Below are positions 15,483-25,033 of a stretch of DNA of 32,000 nt, piece after piece (the first letter of the stretch is position 1; each line of letters starts with the position of its first letter). The position numbers and the translations under genes were made by a program. This DNA is from Psychrobacter sp. DM4 (GTDB lineage: Bacteria > Pseudomonadota > Gammaproteobacteria > Pseudomonadales > Moraxellaceae): positions 1,230,001-1,262,000 of the forward strand of contig NZ_CP195536.1 in NCBI RefSeq assembly GCF_051307035.1, read 5' to 3'. Under the pieces are notes generated by a model. That model did not search any database and was not told the DNA's origin. It saw nothing but the letters and a program-made list of their open reading frames with translations.

Positions 15483-16967
15483 ATGCATCACGTTCAGCAG
15501 CTCATCAACGGTGAATTTACTCAATCAAATACTAACGAGTGGATCGACATCACAGATCCTGCGACCCAAGAAGTCATTGCCAAAGTCCCTCAGTCAACTG
15601 CTGATGAGATCAATGAAGCAGTGGCTGCCGCACAAACTGCCTTCCAAACGTGGCGTAAAACCCCAATCACTACTCGCGCTCGTATCTTTTTGAAGTATCA
15701 AGAGCTTATTCGCGCTCACATGGATGAGCTGGCAGAGATACTGACCGCTGAACAAGGCAAAACCCTTGCTGATGCGCGCGGCGATGTATTTCGCGGTCTA
15801 GAGGTCGTCGAGCACGCTGCGGGTATTGCCAATCTACAAATCGGTGATTTCGTTGAAAATGTCGCTACAGGCGTCGACACGTATAGCATCTAGCAGCCGC
15901 TTGGTGTGTGTGCTGGCATCACGCCGTTTAACTTCCCAGCGATGATTCCACTGTGGATGTTCCCGATGGCGATTGCTACAGGCAATACCTTTATCCTAAA
16001 GCCCTCTGAGCAAGACCCGATGGTGACAATGCGTCTTGTAGAGCTGGCAATAGAAGCAGGTGTACCCAAAGGGGTATTGAACGTCGTTCATGGCGGTAAA
16101 GCCACTGTCGATGCGATCTGTGATCACCCTGATATCCAAGCGGTTTCCTTTGTAGGATCAACCAACGTAGGCAAGCATGTCTATGAGCGCGCAAGCCAAT
16201 CAGGCAAACGCGCACAGTGTATGATGGGTGCCAAAAACCATGGTGTTATCTTACCAGATGCTAATAAAGAGCAAACCCTTAACCAATTGGCAGGGGCGGC
16301 CTTTGGTGCAGCGGGTCAGCGCTGTATGGCATTATCAGTTGTGGTACTTGTTGGCGCAGCAGGCGAGTGGATCGACGATATCAAAGCCAAAGCAAAAGGC
16401 CTTGTGGTATCAGCAGGTAAACATGATAAAGACTTAGGGCCGCTCATATCGCCTACGGCAAAAGCCCGCGTTGAGCAGCTGATCGGCACTGGAGTAGAAG
16501 AGGGCGCAAGCTTATTACTTGATGGTCGCGGTATTAGTGTAGAGGGCTATGAGAAAGGCAACTTTGTAGGGCCGACGATTTTTGATCATGTCACCACCGA
16601 CATGCAAATCTATCAGCAAGAAATATTTGGTCCGGTGCTCTGTATCATGCGTGCCAATAGTTTGGATGAGGCGATAGAGCTGCTTAACGCCAATCCACAT
16701 GGCAATGGTACTGCAATTTTTACCCAATCTGGCGCGGCCGCACACAAGTTCCAACAAGACGTTATGGTCGGTCAGATCGGTATTAATTTACCTATTCCTG
16801 TGCCGCTACCGATGTTTTCGTTCTCAGGATCTCGCGGTAGTAAGCTTGGCGACTTGGGCCCTTATGGCAAGCAAGCGGTACAGTTCTACACCCAAACCAA
16901 GACAGTTACCGCACGCTGGTTCGATGATGAAGCCAGTCGTAGTGTCAACACTACTATTTCTATGTAA
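15483..16967 (+). pseudogene. mmsA: Methylmalonate-semialdehyde dehydrogenase (CoA-acylating) interrupted by one in-frame TAG at codon 137
   Basis: ORFs 15483-15893 and 15906-16967 share one frame. Read-through gives ...[49 protein letters not shown], continuous with MMSDH homologues. The catalytic Cys context GQRCMALS is present. Confidence 0.85.
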
Positions 16968-17156
16968 TACTTGAAAAGTAAGTAACATATCAAGGATGCA
17001 AAGTTCATAGATTTTGAAGTTACAGCGCTAATCGTGCTTGGTATACTAGCTTACGGTCTACTTTGAGCTAGTGTACTGAATAAGATTTACTCATTTATTT
17101 TATATCGAATTAACGTCAAGCCCCTATATTTATAACGTAAGCACAAGGATGACCTA

Positions 17157-18317
17157 ATGGATTTTTTATTGACTGATGATCAGATGGCTTTTCGTCAAAC
17201 GGCCAAGCAGTTTGCGCAAAAAGAGTTAAGACCGAACGCGGCTGAGTGGGATCGTACTTCACACTTTCCTATTGATGTGATCAAAAAAACAGGTGAGCTT
17301 GGGTTTTTGGGTCTCTATACCAATCCAGACTATGACGGTCTAGGGCTATCACGTTTAGACTCTGCAATGATATTTGAGGAACTATCATGGGGGGATACGT
17401 CTGTCGCCGCTTATATGAGTATCCACAATATGGCGTCGTGGATGATTGGCGAATATGGTAGTCACGATCTGTGTCAGCAATTTTTACCCAAGATGGTCAG
17501 CGGTGAGTGGTTGGGTAGCTACTGCTTGACCGAGCCAAATGCTGGCTCTGATGCGGCCTCACTGCGCACCAAAGCAGAAAAGCTGGGCGATTATTACGTA
17601 CTAAATGGCGAAAAAACCTTTATCTCTGGCGCAGGATCAACTGACATATTGGTCGTCATGGCGCGCACAGGTGGCGCAGGACCCAAAGGCGTCTCCGCAT
17701 TCGTCGTTGACGCCCATAGCGATGGCATTGAGTATGGCAAGAACGAGCATAAAATGGGCTGGAAAGCTCAGCCAACGCGCGCTATCAGCTTCAAGGACGT
17801 CAAAGTACCTGTATCCAATCTGATAGGGGATGAAGGTCAAGGCTTTAGTATCGCGATGAAAGGGCTCGACGGTGGTCGTATCAATATTGGTATCTGTGCG
17901 GTGGGAACCGCCCAATCAGCGCTTGAGACCGCCACCAATTATGTCCAAGAACGCAGTCAATTTGGTAGTCAAATTGCAAACTTACAGTCGGTGCAGTTTA
18001 AACTTGCTGATATGCTGACTCAAACTATTACCGCGCGGCAGATGCTCTATCTAGCGGCAAATAAAGTCGATAACTTTGATCCGCAAGCCTCAGTGTACTG
18101 CGCGATGGCCAAACGTTTATCTACTGATTTATGCTTTGATGTGGCGAATGAAGCCTTACAACTTCATGGTGGTTACGGCTATCTCAATGAGTATCCTTTA
18201 GAACGGCACGTAAGGGATTTACGCGTGCATCAGATACTAGAAGGGACTAATGAGATCATGCGCGTCATAATCTCGCGCCAATTACTCCAAGACGATGCGC
18301 TCAATAAGTTACGCTAA
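17157..18317 (+). CDS. Acyl-CoA dehydrogenase (isobutyryl-CoA dehydrogenase-like)
   Basis: 386 aa with YCLTEPNAGSDA and the C-terminal RVHQILEGTNEIMR (catalytic Glu context). The operon context with mmsA/mmsB supports the call. Confidence 0.9.
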   Translation: MDFLLTDDQMAFRQTAKQFAQKELRPNAAEWDRTSHFPIDVIKKTGELGFLGLYTNPDYDGLGLSRLDSAMIFEELSWGDTSVAAYMSIHNMASWMIGEYGSHDLCQQFLPKMVSGEWLGSYCLTEPNAGSDAASLRTKAEKLGDYYVLNGEKTFISGAGSTDILVVMARTGGAGPKGVSAFVVDAHSDGIEYGKNEHKMGWKAQPTRAISFKDVKVPVSNLIGDEGQGFSIAMKGLDGGRINIGICAVGTAQSALETATNYVQERSQFGSQIANLQSVQFKLADMLTQTITARQMLYLAANKVDNFDPQASVYCAMAKRLSTDLCFDVANEALQLHGGYGYLNEYPLERHVRDLRVHQILEGTNEIMRVIISRQLLQDDALNKLR

Positions 18318-18361
18318 ATGATATGAGCTACTAGTAGAGGATATGAAAATAAAAATATTAA

Positions 18362-18465
18362 ATCAAAAAGCGCGAAGCCTTCGTCAAACTGTTTGATACC
18401 CAAGATCAGCGCGAGGGTATGCAGTCATTTTTAGAGAAGCGCATAACAACTGGCAGAATAAATAA
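18362..18465 (+). pseudogene. 3'-terminal remnant of an enoyl-CoA hydratase (crotonase) gene
   Basis: Translation IKKREAFVKLFDTQDQREGMQSFLEKR matches the canonical crotonase C-terminus (F.T.D..EGM.AF.EKR). A frame slip then leads to NNWQNK-stop. There is no upstream coding sequence. Confidence 0.7.
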
Positions 18466-18494
18466 ACGCTATATTTTACTTATAGGTCACTTCT

Positions 18495-19751
18495 ATGACA
18501 GTCATAAAATACCCAAACACCAAAACAGCCAAACCTAAAACCGCAGATGTTAAAGACGCAGAAGCACCAGTACTATTCGATACCGAGTCGACAGACTGTG
18601 GTCACCTTCTAGGTATTATGACCTTAAATGCGCCAAAGTCACTTAATGCGCTGAGTGTTGAGATGTGCCAACTGCTATCCGCGCAGCTCGAAGCGTGGCA
18701 AACCAACTCGAAAATTGTGGCTATTGTACTAAAGGGAGCAGGCGACAAGGCTTTTTGCGCAGGTGGTGACATCCGTAAGCTCTATGACAGTATGTCGGCG
18801 AATGCGCCACTACCGAATCCGTATGCCACAGAATTCTTTGGTCATGAGTATCGTCTGTATCGGCAGATGCATTTTTATCCCAAGCCGCTGATTCTTTGGG
18901 GTGATGGTATCATCATGGGCGGCGGCATGGGTCTAATGGCGGCTTGTAGTCATCGTATCGTCACCGAACGTACGCGCTTTGCCATGCCTGAGATTACTAT
19001 TGGCTTATTCCCTGATGCCTCGGGTAGCTGGTTTTTGCGACGTATGCCCGCCAAGACTGGGCTGTTCTTAGGGCTGACAGGCGCACTGTGTAACGGCAGT
19101 GATGCGTTATTCACGAGCCTCGCTGAGTATGCAGTTGCAGGTGAGGATTACGGTAAAGTGATCGACTGTTTGACGCAAGTAGACTGGAACGCGGCAACCA
19201 CACTCAATCAAAGCAGCCTAGATACGGTGGCAAGTCAAGCACTAGCGGCGCATCCAGTGGCCAAGTTACCTGAGAGTAAGCTGGCACTATATTGGCAGTC
19301 TATTTCTCAAATTATGAACAGTGGCGGTCTCAGTGATATCGATCATCTGTTGCATGATGATGAGGCACTTGCTGATATCAACGCTGATTTTGCTACTGAT
19401 AAATGGACACAGCGCGCGCTTGCTACTTATCGACACGGCTGTCCAGTTAGTGCAGCTCTGACTTATACGCTGTATTACAAAGCGACGAATCTATCACTTG
19501 AGCAAGTACTCTATCTTGAGCTCAATACTGCCGTACACTGCGCAGCTAATCCTGACTTTAGAGAAGGCGTACGCGCTTTACTGATTGATAAAGACAAAGA
19601 CCCTAAATGGTCACGATCTCTTTTTGAGTGCTTATCCCCTGAGGGTCGTGATTATATTGAACAGCATTTTGACAATCCTTATAGCGCAGGCAAGCACCCC
19701 CTAAAGGAATGGCTAGGCGCTGACGCCTTAGGCGCGCAATACGTTCGCTAA
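18495..19751 (+). CDS. 3-hydroxyisobutyryl-CoA hydrolase (crotonase superfamily)
   Basis: FCAGGDIR, GIIMGGGMGL and MPEITIGLFPDASGSWFL are typical of HIBCH. Confidence 0.85.
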   Translation: MTVIKYPNTKTAKPKTADVKDAEAPVLFDTESTDCGHLLGIMTLNAPKSLNALSVEMCQLLSAQLEAWQTNSKIVAIVLKGAGDKAFCAGGDIRKLYDSMSANAPLPNPYATEFFGHEYRLYRQMHFYPKPLILWGDGIIMGGGMGLMAACSHRIVTERTRFAMPEITIGLFPDASGSWFLRRMPAKTGLFLGLTGALCNGSDALFTSLAEYAVAGEDYGKVIDCLTQVDWNAATTLNQSSLDTVASQALAAHPVAKLPESKLALYWQSISQIMNSGGLSDIDHLLHDDEALADINADFATDKWTQRALATYRHGCPVSAALTYTLYYKATNLSLEQVLYLELNTAVHCAANPDFREGVRALLIDKDKDPKWSRSLFECLSPEGRDYIEQHFDNPYSAGKHPLKEWLGADALGAQYVR

Positions 19752-19801
19752 GTTTTATGCCCTGATACGTAGTCAATCATTAATCATCAAGGAGTGATGA
19801 C

Positions 19802-20740
19802 ATGAGTCCAAGCAAAAATAACGATAGCCAAAATAAACCCAATATTGCCTTTATTGGGCTAGGTAATATGGGCGCGCCAATGGCGGAGAATTTGATAAAA
19901 GCAGGGTATAAGCTCTCGGTATATGACTTGTCAGATGCAGCGCTCAAACGTCTACAAAGTGCTGGCGCACGAGTTGCAGCTAGTTCCAAGGATGCGGCAC
20001 GCGAAGCTCAGGTAGTCATTACCATGTTGCCTGCTGGTAAGCATGTTCATGCGGTCTACTTAGATTGCGATGGGTCAGAGGGTTTGCTGTCATCATTGCC
20101 AAAGGGCACACTGGTTATCGATAGCAGTACGATTGCCGCAAGCGATGCCCGTAAAGTGGCAACAGAGGCCAGTAAATTGGGTATCGATTTTTTAGATGCC
20201 CCTGTTTCAGGGGGTACGGGCGGCGCTATCGCAGGTAGTCTTACCTTTATTGTTGGCGGCGAGGCTGACGGCTTTGCCAAGGCAAAACCTATCCTTGATG
20301 TGATGGGCAAAAACATCTTTCATGCAGGCGATCACGGCGCAGGACAAGTGGCAAAGATATGTAATAATATGCTACTTGGTATCTTGATGTCAGGGACGGC
20401 TGAAGCGATCAACTTAGGCGTCAAAAACGGCCTGGATGCCAAAGTACTGTCCGAGATTATGCTACAAAGCTCAGGACGCAACTGGACGCTTGAGGTCTAC
20501 AATCCTTATCCGCAAGTGATAGAGAGCGTACCTTCTAGCAACGGCTACAAAGGCGGATTTATGACCGAGCTTATGCAAAAAGATCTAAACCTTGCGATGC
20601 AAACCGCTCAGGCAGTAGATGCTGAGACACCGATGGGTGCCAAAGCTACTGAATTATACAATGAGCATAGCATAGAGCATGGGGACAAGGATTTTTCTAG
20701 TATTATGGCGCGTCATGATAAGTCGGTGTTATCCTCTTAA
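19802..20740 (+). CDS. mmsB: 3-hydroxyisobutyrate dehydrogenase
   Basis: IAFIGLGNMGAPMAENL (NAD-binding), FLDAPVSGGTGGAIAGSLTFIVGG, and an AAGGAG SD. Confidence 0.9.
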   Translation: MSPSKNNDSQNKPNIAFIGLGNMGAPMAENLIKAGYKLSVYDLSDAALKRLQSAGARVAASSKDAAREAQVVITMLPAGKHVHAVYLDCDGSEGLLSSLPKGTLVIDSSTIAASDARKVATEASKLGIDFLDAPVSGGTGGAIAGSLTFIVGGEADGFAKAKPILDVMGKNIFHAGDHGAGQVAKICNNMLLGILMSGTAEAINLGVKNGLDAKVLSEIMLQSSGRNWTLEVYNPYPQVIESVPSSNGYKGGFMTELMQKDLNLAMQTAQAVDAETPMGAKATELYNEHSIEHGDKDFSSIMARHDKSVLSS

Positions 20741-20771
20741 TGGTATAGATCCCTACCAATCTGTTAAGTTT

Positions 20772-20824
20772 AACGTAAAAAGCCGTTGGTGCTACTTTTG
20801 ATAGCATCAATGGCATTTTACGTT
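20772..20824. terminator. Long imperfect hairpin between convergent mmsB and iclR (probable bidirectional terminator)
   Basis: aacgtaaaaagccgttggtgcta / tagcatcaatggcattttacgtt: 23-nt arms with 3 mismatches. Confidence 0.55.
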
Positions 20825-20835
20825 GTAGATACTGT

Positions 20836-21594
20836 TTAACTTTGCAATTCATAGACCAAGGTTTGAATGTCTTTTGCAGCTTCGCGCAAACGCGGCACAT
20901 GAGTGAGTAACTCTTCTAATGAGACTCGTATCGTTGGTGCATGAATATAGAGTGAACCTAGATAACGTGATTTTTTATCTAGTATGGCTACGGATACCGC
21001 TACCATCTCGGAGATAAACTCTTCGTTGTCGATACCTACCCCTGTCTGAGCAATATGATCGAGCTCATCATTTAAAGCATCGATATCAACAATCGTATTT
21101 TTAGTAAATTTGTCCAGCGCCAGGCTCTCTAGTATCTTATGCCGACTGTCCAAACTCAACTGACTAAGATATAACTTACCCGTTGCGGTGCACCACATAG
21201 GTGATTTTAAACCTATGGGCAAGTATATCTGCAATGGCAATTTGGTCGCTACTCGGTTGGTATAGATCATATCTGTATGATAAGGAACCCCGATACCGCA
21301 GGTCTCTTTTATCTGGTCGACTAGTTTTTGCAGGATCATTTGACGCTCATTAAAGAACTGCCTGTGCTGCCATAGCTCTACACTTAAATTGCGTACGCGC
21401 TTGCCAGGGATAATACCGCCACCGATGTCTACTGAAATGAACCCTTCATCAACTAGATTTTGAATCAAGCGATGTATCGTTGGCTTTGGGATGTCGAGTG
21501 CTTGAGAGAGCTCAAGCGGAGAGACGGGCTTTGGAGAGTAGGACACCGCTTCGATGATTTCTAATACACGAGTAATAGAGGATACTTTAGGCAT
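20836..21594 (-). CDS. IclR family transcriptional regulator
   Basis: N-terminal wHTH LELSQALDIPKPTIHRLIQNLVDEGFI plus a C-terminal effector domain. Its length (252 aa) is typical. Confidence 0.9.
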   Translation of the reverse strand: MPKVSSITRVLEIIEAVSYSPKPVSPLELSQALDIPKPTIHRLIQNLVDEGFISVDIGGGIIPGKRVRNLSVELWQHRQFFNERQMILQKLVDQIKETCGIGVPYHTDMIYTNRVATKLPLQIYLPIGLKSPMWCTATGKLYLSQLSLDSRHKILESLALDKFTKNTIVDIDALNDELDHIAQTGVGIDNEEFISEMVAVSVAILDKKSRYLGSLYIHAPTIRVSLEELLTHVPRLREAAKDIQTLVYELQS

Positions 21595-22145
21595 ATATAA
21601 AGCTCAGTATGAATTGATGTTTCTAGTGTCAACGAAGTTTAATTCTGATAGTCAGACGACATCAGTAGGGCGTTTATTTTGAACCTAATAATTATAATAG
21701 GTATTTTATCCAATCACCAGTTATAGCAGCATACTAGAGTTACCGGCAAGTTTAGAGACGTAAACCATAAGATGGTGGTTGTAAACCGGAGTCGACGGAT
21801 ACATCAACTCACAAACCGAAACAAACTGTAGTAATAAGTACTAGAATAATTACTGTTAGTATAATATATATAGTCCATTATACAGAAACATCTTGAAATA
21901 CTTTTAAATTCATTTTTAGTGAGTTTCAAAAGTACTAGGCAGTAAAAAGCAAGTGTTTTAGATTGTAAGTATGCCCTTAATTACAATATACACCCAATCT
22001 TTACATAATGCTAAACAAAAGGCATCTCTATAGGGGTGACTTTTGAAGCTAAAATTGTTTTAATCTGCCCAACAAAAAAATGATTATTTAAACCATCCAA
22101 TCGATCATTTTTATGGGCAAACAATCCCACACTTAGGAGAGAGTT

Positions 22146-22889
22146 ATGAAATTCATCAAATTATCTTTGGTCACTGTTGCTGTCATGGCATCAACTGCTG
22201 CTATGGCCGCTGAGCCAGCATATCAGTACAGCAGCGATGCTGGCATCATTCGTAACACTACCGGTGCCTTTGTCGGTACAACTAAAACTATCTTCAATAC
22301 TTTAACCAATCCTGCTTCAGTCAGCGCTGAAGTTGGTTCTTTAGGTTATGGTGCTAATGTTGGTTTTAGTGTTAACGAAAAAGTAGAATTACAAGCCGGT
22401 TGGGCAGGTGGCGATGTTGCTGACCTATTCGGTGGCGATTTTGACGTAGAAGACGTTGAGTATGATGTTGATTCAGACTTCAGCAACCCGTACCTAGGTG
22501 TTCAATTACGTCCTGCTGGTAACTGGTTCACAATGGGTGCTGGCGTAATCGTTCCAGACAACGAAATCGACATCAGATCAGATGGTGACAATGGTACATT
22601 CGAAATCAACGATGAAACCTATACTGGTGTTGGCGAGTTACGTGGTAGCATCAAACATCGTAACGAGTTGGCTCCTTACTTAACCGTTGGTTTCCGTCCA
22701 AACATCAGTAACAACTTTGGTGTATTTGGTGAAGTTGGTGCAGCGTATCTAGGTGACGTAAACGCTAAAGTAACTGCTACTGGTCCTGATTTGCAAGGCG
22801 CTGCTGATGCCGCGAACCAAGAACTAGAAAATGAAGATTACTTAGAGTGGTTACCTATCGTGAAGTTGGGTGCTACTTACCGCTTCTAA
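22146..22889 (+). CDS. Outer-membrane beta-barrel protein (small OMP/porin-like)
   Basis: Signal peptide ending AAMA-AE, alternating beta-strand pattern, and a C-terminal ...GATYRF. Strong AGGAGA SD and translation-optimal-looking codons. Confidence 0.8.
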   Translation: MKFIKLSLVTVAVMASTAAMAAEPAYQYSSDAGIIRNTTGAFVGTTKTIFNTLTNPASVSAEVGSLGYGANVGFSVNEKVELQAGWAGGDVADLFGGDFDVEDVEYDVDSDFSNPYLGVQLRPAGNWFTMGAGVIVPDNEIDIRSDGDNGTFEINDETYTGVGELRGSIKHRNELAPYLTVGFRPNISNNFGVFGEVGAAYLGDVNAKVTATGPDLQGAADAANQELENEDYLEWLPIVKLGATYRF

Positions 22890-22916
22890 TATCAGCTAAT
22901 AAATAACTGATACGAT

Positions 22917-22947
22917 AAAAAGACGTCCTTTGGGGCGTCTTTTTTTA
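22917..22947. terminator. Bidirectional rho-independent terminator (OMP / PPTase)
   Basis: aaaaagacgtcc-ttt-ggggcgtcttttttt. Confidence 0.85.
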
Positions 22948-22983
22948 TGTGCCTAAATTTATATCTCTTAGGTCGTTTTTTAC

Positions 22984-23637
22984 TTATAGAGTAATAACTA
23001 TCTGCTGCTCAGGCAATAGCATGATTTGATAAGTGCTTTGCATGTCCTTTATCGCCATTGGCTTAGAGTTGTTGCCATCAATGTTTATGGATAGCTCATC
23101 TATTAAGTGAGCGTAATTAACACCCATACCTTGCCCAAGCGTATAATCATGCACTTTTATAAAGCATTCTTTAATTTGCCACAGTAATCGACTGACATAA
23201 TCGCGCTCTATGCTATCGAGCTGAGTCAAGATAGCTAACTCATCTACATGATAGTAGCGCTGTACGATAGGCCACTTCACACTTTGTATCTCTATATCGA
23301 TGCCTACTGGTCTATGAGTGCTCATAACGACAGCGACTTTATTAACAGAGTGGCTAAAACAGACATAGTAGCGATGGATCGTTAGCCGATATGGGAACTG
23401 AGTCTCATCTAGATCATCTCTAATATTAAGTTTATAAAGTAAACACTGTAGTAGATCTCGTACGCCTTTACGTTGCTGTTGACGTTCATGATTGAACGGA
23501 AGCTTATGGAGTTGATGGTTATTACACTCGTGGCTGTCTTGTCTATCGTAATGGTCAGGTATGATTTGCGCGCTCATGCACCATGTACTAGCGTCAAGCT
23601 GAGTAAAACACAAGTGGGATAGCGAGTCGGGCGACAT
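22984..23637 (-). CDS. 4'-phosphopantetheinyl transferase (Sfp/EntD-type)
   Basis: CFSHSVNKVAVVMSTHRPVGIDIEI and WQIKECFIKV correspond to the PPTase motifs (GxDxE and WxxKEaxxK). Confidence 0.75.
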   Translation of the reverse strand: MSPDSLSHLCFTQLDASTWCMSAQIIPDHYDRQDSHECNNHQLHKLPFNHERQQQRKGVRDLLQCLLYKLNIRDDLDETQFPYRLTIHRYYVCFSHSVNKVAVVMSTHRPVGIDIEIQSVKWPIVQRYYHVDELAILTQLDSIERDYVSRLLWQIKECFIKVHDYTLGQGMGVNYAHLIDELSINIDGNNSKPMAIKDMQSTYQIMLLPEQQIVITL

Positions 23638-23690
23638 AGTTGATCGAATATAGAATGAGGATATATTGAGAATAACATGCTTTTAATCAG

Positions 23691-23722
23691 CAAAAAACCC
23701 AGCGACGCTAAGGGTACTGGGT
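23691..23722 (-). terminator. Rho-independent terminator after pal
   Basis: Minus-sense reading: acccag-tacccttagcgtcg-ctgggttttttg. Confidence 0.75.
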
Positions 23723-23766
23723 CTAATCAAATTAAATAGCTAAAAGTTAAAGGATTAACCTTTTAA

Positions 23767-24309
23767 TTAGTAAGACAGTTCAGCGCGACGGTTTTGAGCG
23801 TAGGCCGCTTGAGTCGTACCTGTTGCAACAGGGCGCTCTTCACCATAGCTGATAACTTGAATATTGTTGACAGCGACGCCTTGATTAGCAAGATAGTCAC
23901 GAGCGGCCCCCGCACGGCGCTCACCTAGAGCAATGTTATACTCACGGCTGCCGCGCTCATCTGTATGACCTGCGATCAGAACACCCGCTGCTGGATTTGA
24001 GCTTAGTAGACTCACATGCTGATTAAGAACGCTTGCTGCTTGAGCGGTAATATTACTACTATCAAAATCAAAATAGACCACAGCTTGTAGGTTATCAGCT
24101 GCGTTTACCACCATACCTGGGTTATCGACGAGGACAGCACCTGAATAGCCTACCTGACCACTAGGTACTCCGAGTGGAGCTACAACAACTTCTGAGGTCG
24201 CACGTTTGGTGGCGCAACCTGAAGTAATAGCAATCGTACCTGACAGTACAGCAAGCGCTGCAACCTTTACAAAGCGGCCGTGCTTGACAGAGTTAGTGTT
24301 CGTTGACAT
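23767..24309 (-). CDS. pal: Peptidoglycan-associated lipoprotein (OmpA-family)
   Basis: Lipobox AITSGC, VYFDFDSS, and GHTDERGSREYNIALGERRA...NRRAELSY. Confidence 0.9.
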   Translation of the reverse strand: MSTNTNSVKHGRFVKVAALAVLSGTIAITSGCATKRATSEVVVAPLGVPSGQVGYSGAVLVDNPGMVVNAADNLQAVVYFDFDSSNITAQAASVLNQHVSLLSSNPAAGVLIAGHTDERGSREYNIALGERRAGAARDYLANQGVAVNNIQVISYGEERPVATGTTQAAYAQNRRAELSY

Positions 24310-24445
24310 ATAAATCTCCTAAAAGGTAAATTGAATTCTTATTTTAAAGCCACTCAATATATCATTGAGATAATTGCTACTCATCATATAACTAATGTTA
24401 ATTTATGTAAGTATCATTACTGTAAATCTTATTTTGCTTATGATA

Positions 24446-25033
24446 TTACCAGCGACCTCTATTCCAATTCTCAGGATTAGCCCAGTACTTACTGTTGAGC
24501 CAATTGGGCAGTACTTTATAATCATAAAGATTAAATTGCCATAAAGTAATGGATTGATCTAGTGCTGAAGACTCAGCAGAAGATGCGCTTTTGCTTACGG
24601 CTGGCATTTGATTAACGATATTAAAAGGCGTAAATCCATAGGCGCGCAAATCTATAGCGCTATCGATGGCGATGAGCAGATGAGCGGCGTATAGATCACG
24701 ATATCGCATTAATAATGGAATATAATATTGTATTAACTCCTCAGGTAATGTTGGCAGCCAAAAACACACCAACTCATAACGCTCAAGCGTTTGCTGCTGA
24801 TCGAGGATAGGTAAAGTTGTCAGTTTTGTCTTACCGTTATTGGTGCTATCAAGCTGTGTTTGTAACGATGAAAGGGTTACTTTATCTTTTGCTACCCATA
24901 GTAGTTCTAAACTATTACCAGACTGAGAGGATGCTTGCGTCACTTTTGAGGTCAATGTCGGCAGCAACGCCTTAACATAGTCAACTAGTAACGGCAGGCT
25001 GATGTTTGAGTGCTGAGTTGTGCGCTTAGTCAT
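24446..25033 (-). CDS. Conserved hypothetical protein (195 aa)
   Basis: ATG-start ORF with a Trp-rich C-terminus WLNSKYWANPENWNRGRW. I cannot name the family with confidence. Confidence 0.6.
   Translation of the reverse strand: MTKRTTQHSNISLPLLVDYVKALLPTLTSKVTQASSQSGNSLELLWVAKDKVTLSSLQTQLDSTNNGKTKLTTLPILDQQQTLERYELVCFWLPTLPEELIQYYIPLLMRYRDLYAAHLLIAIDSAIDLRAYGFTPFNIVNQMPAVSKSASSAESSALDQSITLWQFNLYDYKVLPNWLNSKYWANPENWNRGRW

Noticed and set aside
15891-15893. TAG as pyrrolysine or programmed read-through
   Set aside because: No pyl genes or recoding signals are visible, and this is not known for this lineage. A nonsense mutation or a base-call error is more parsimonious.
15906-16967. GTG-start 353-aa ORF treated as a separate gene
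   Set aside because: It shares the frame of 15483-15893, and MMSDH homology is continuous across the TAG (…[18 protein letters not shown]…). It is one interrupted gene, not two.
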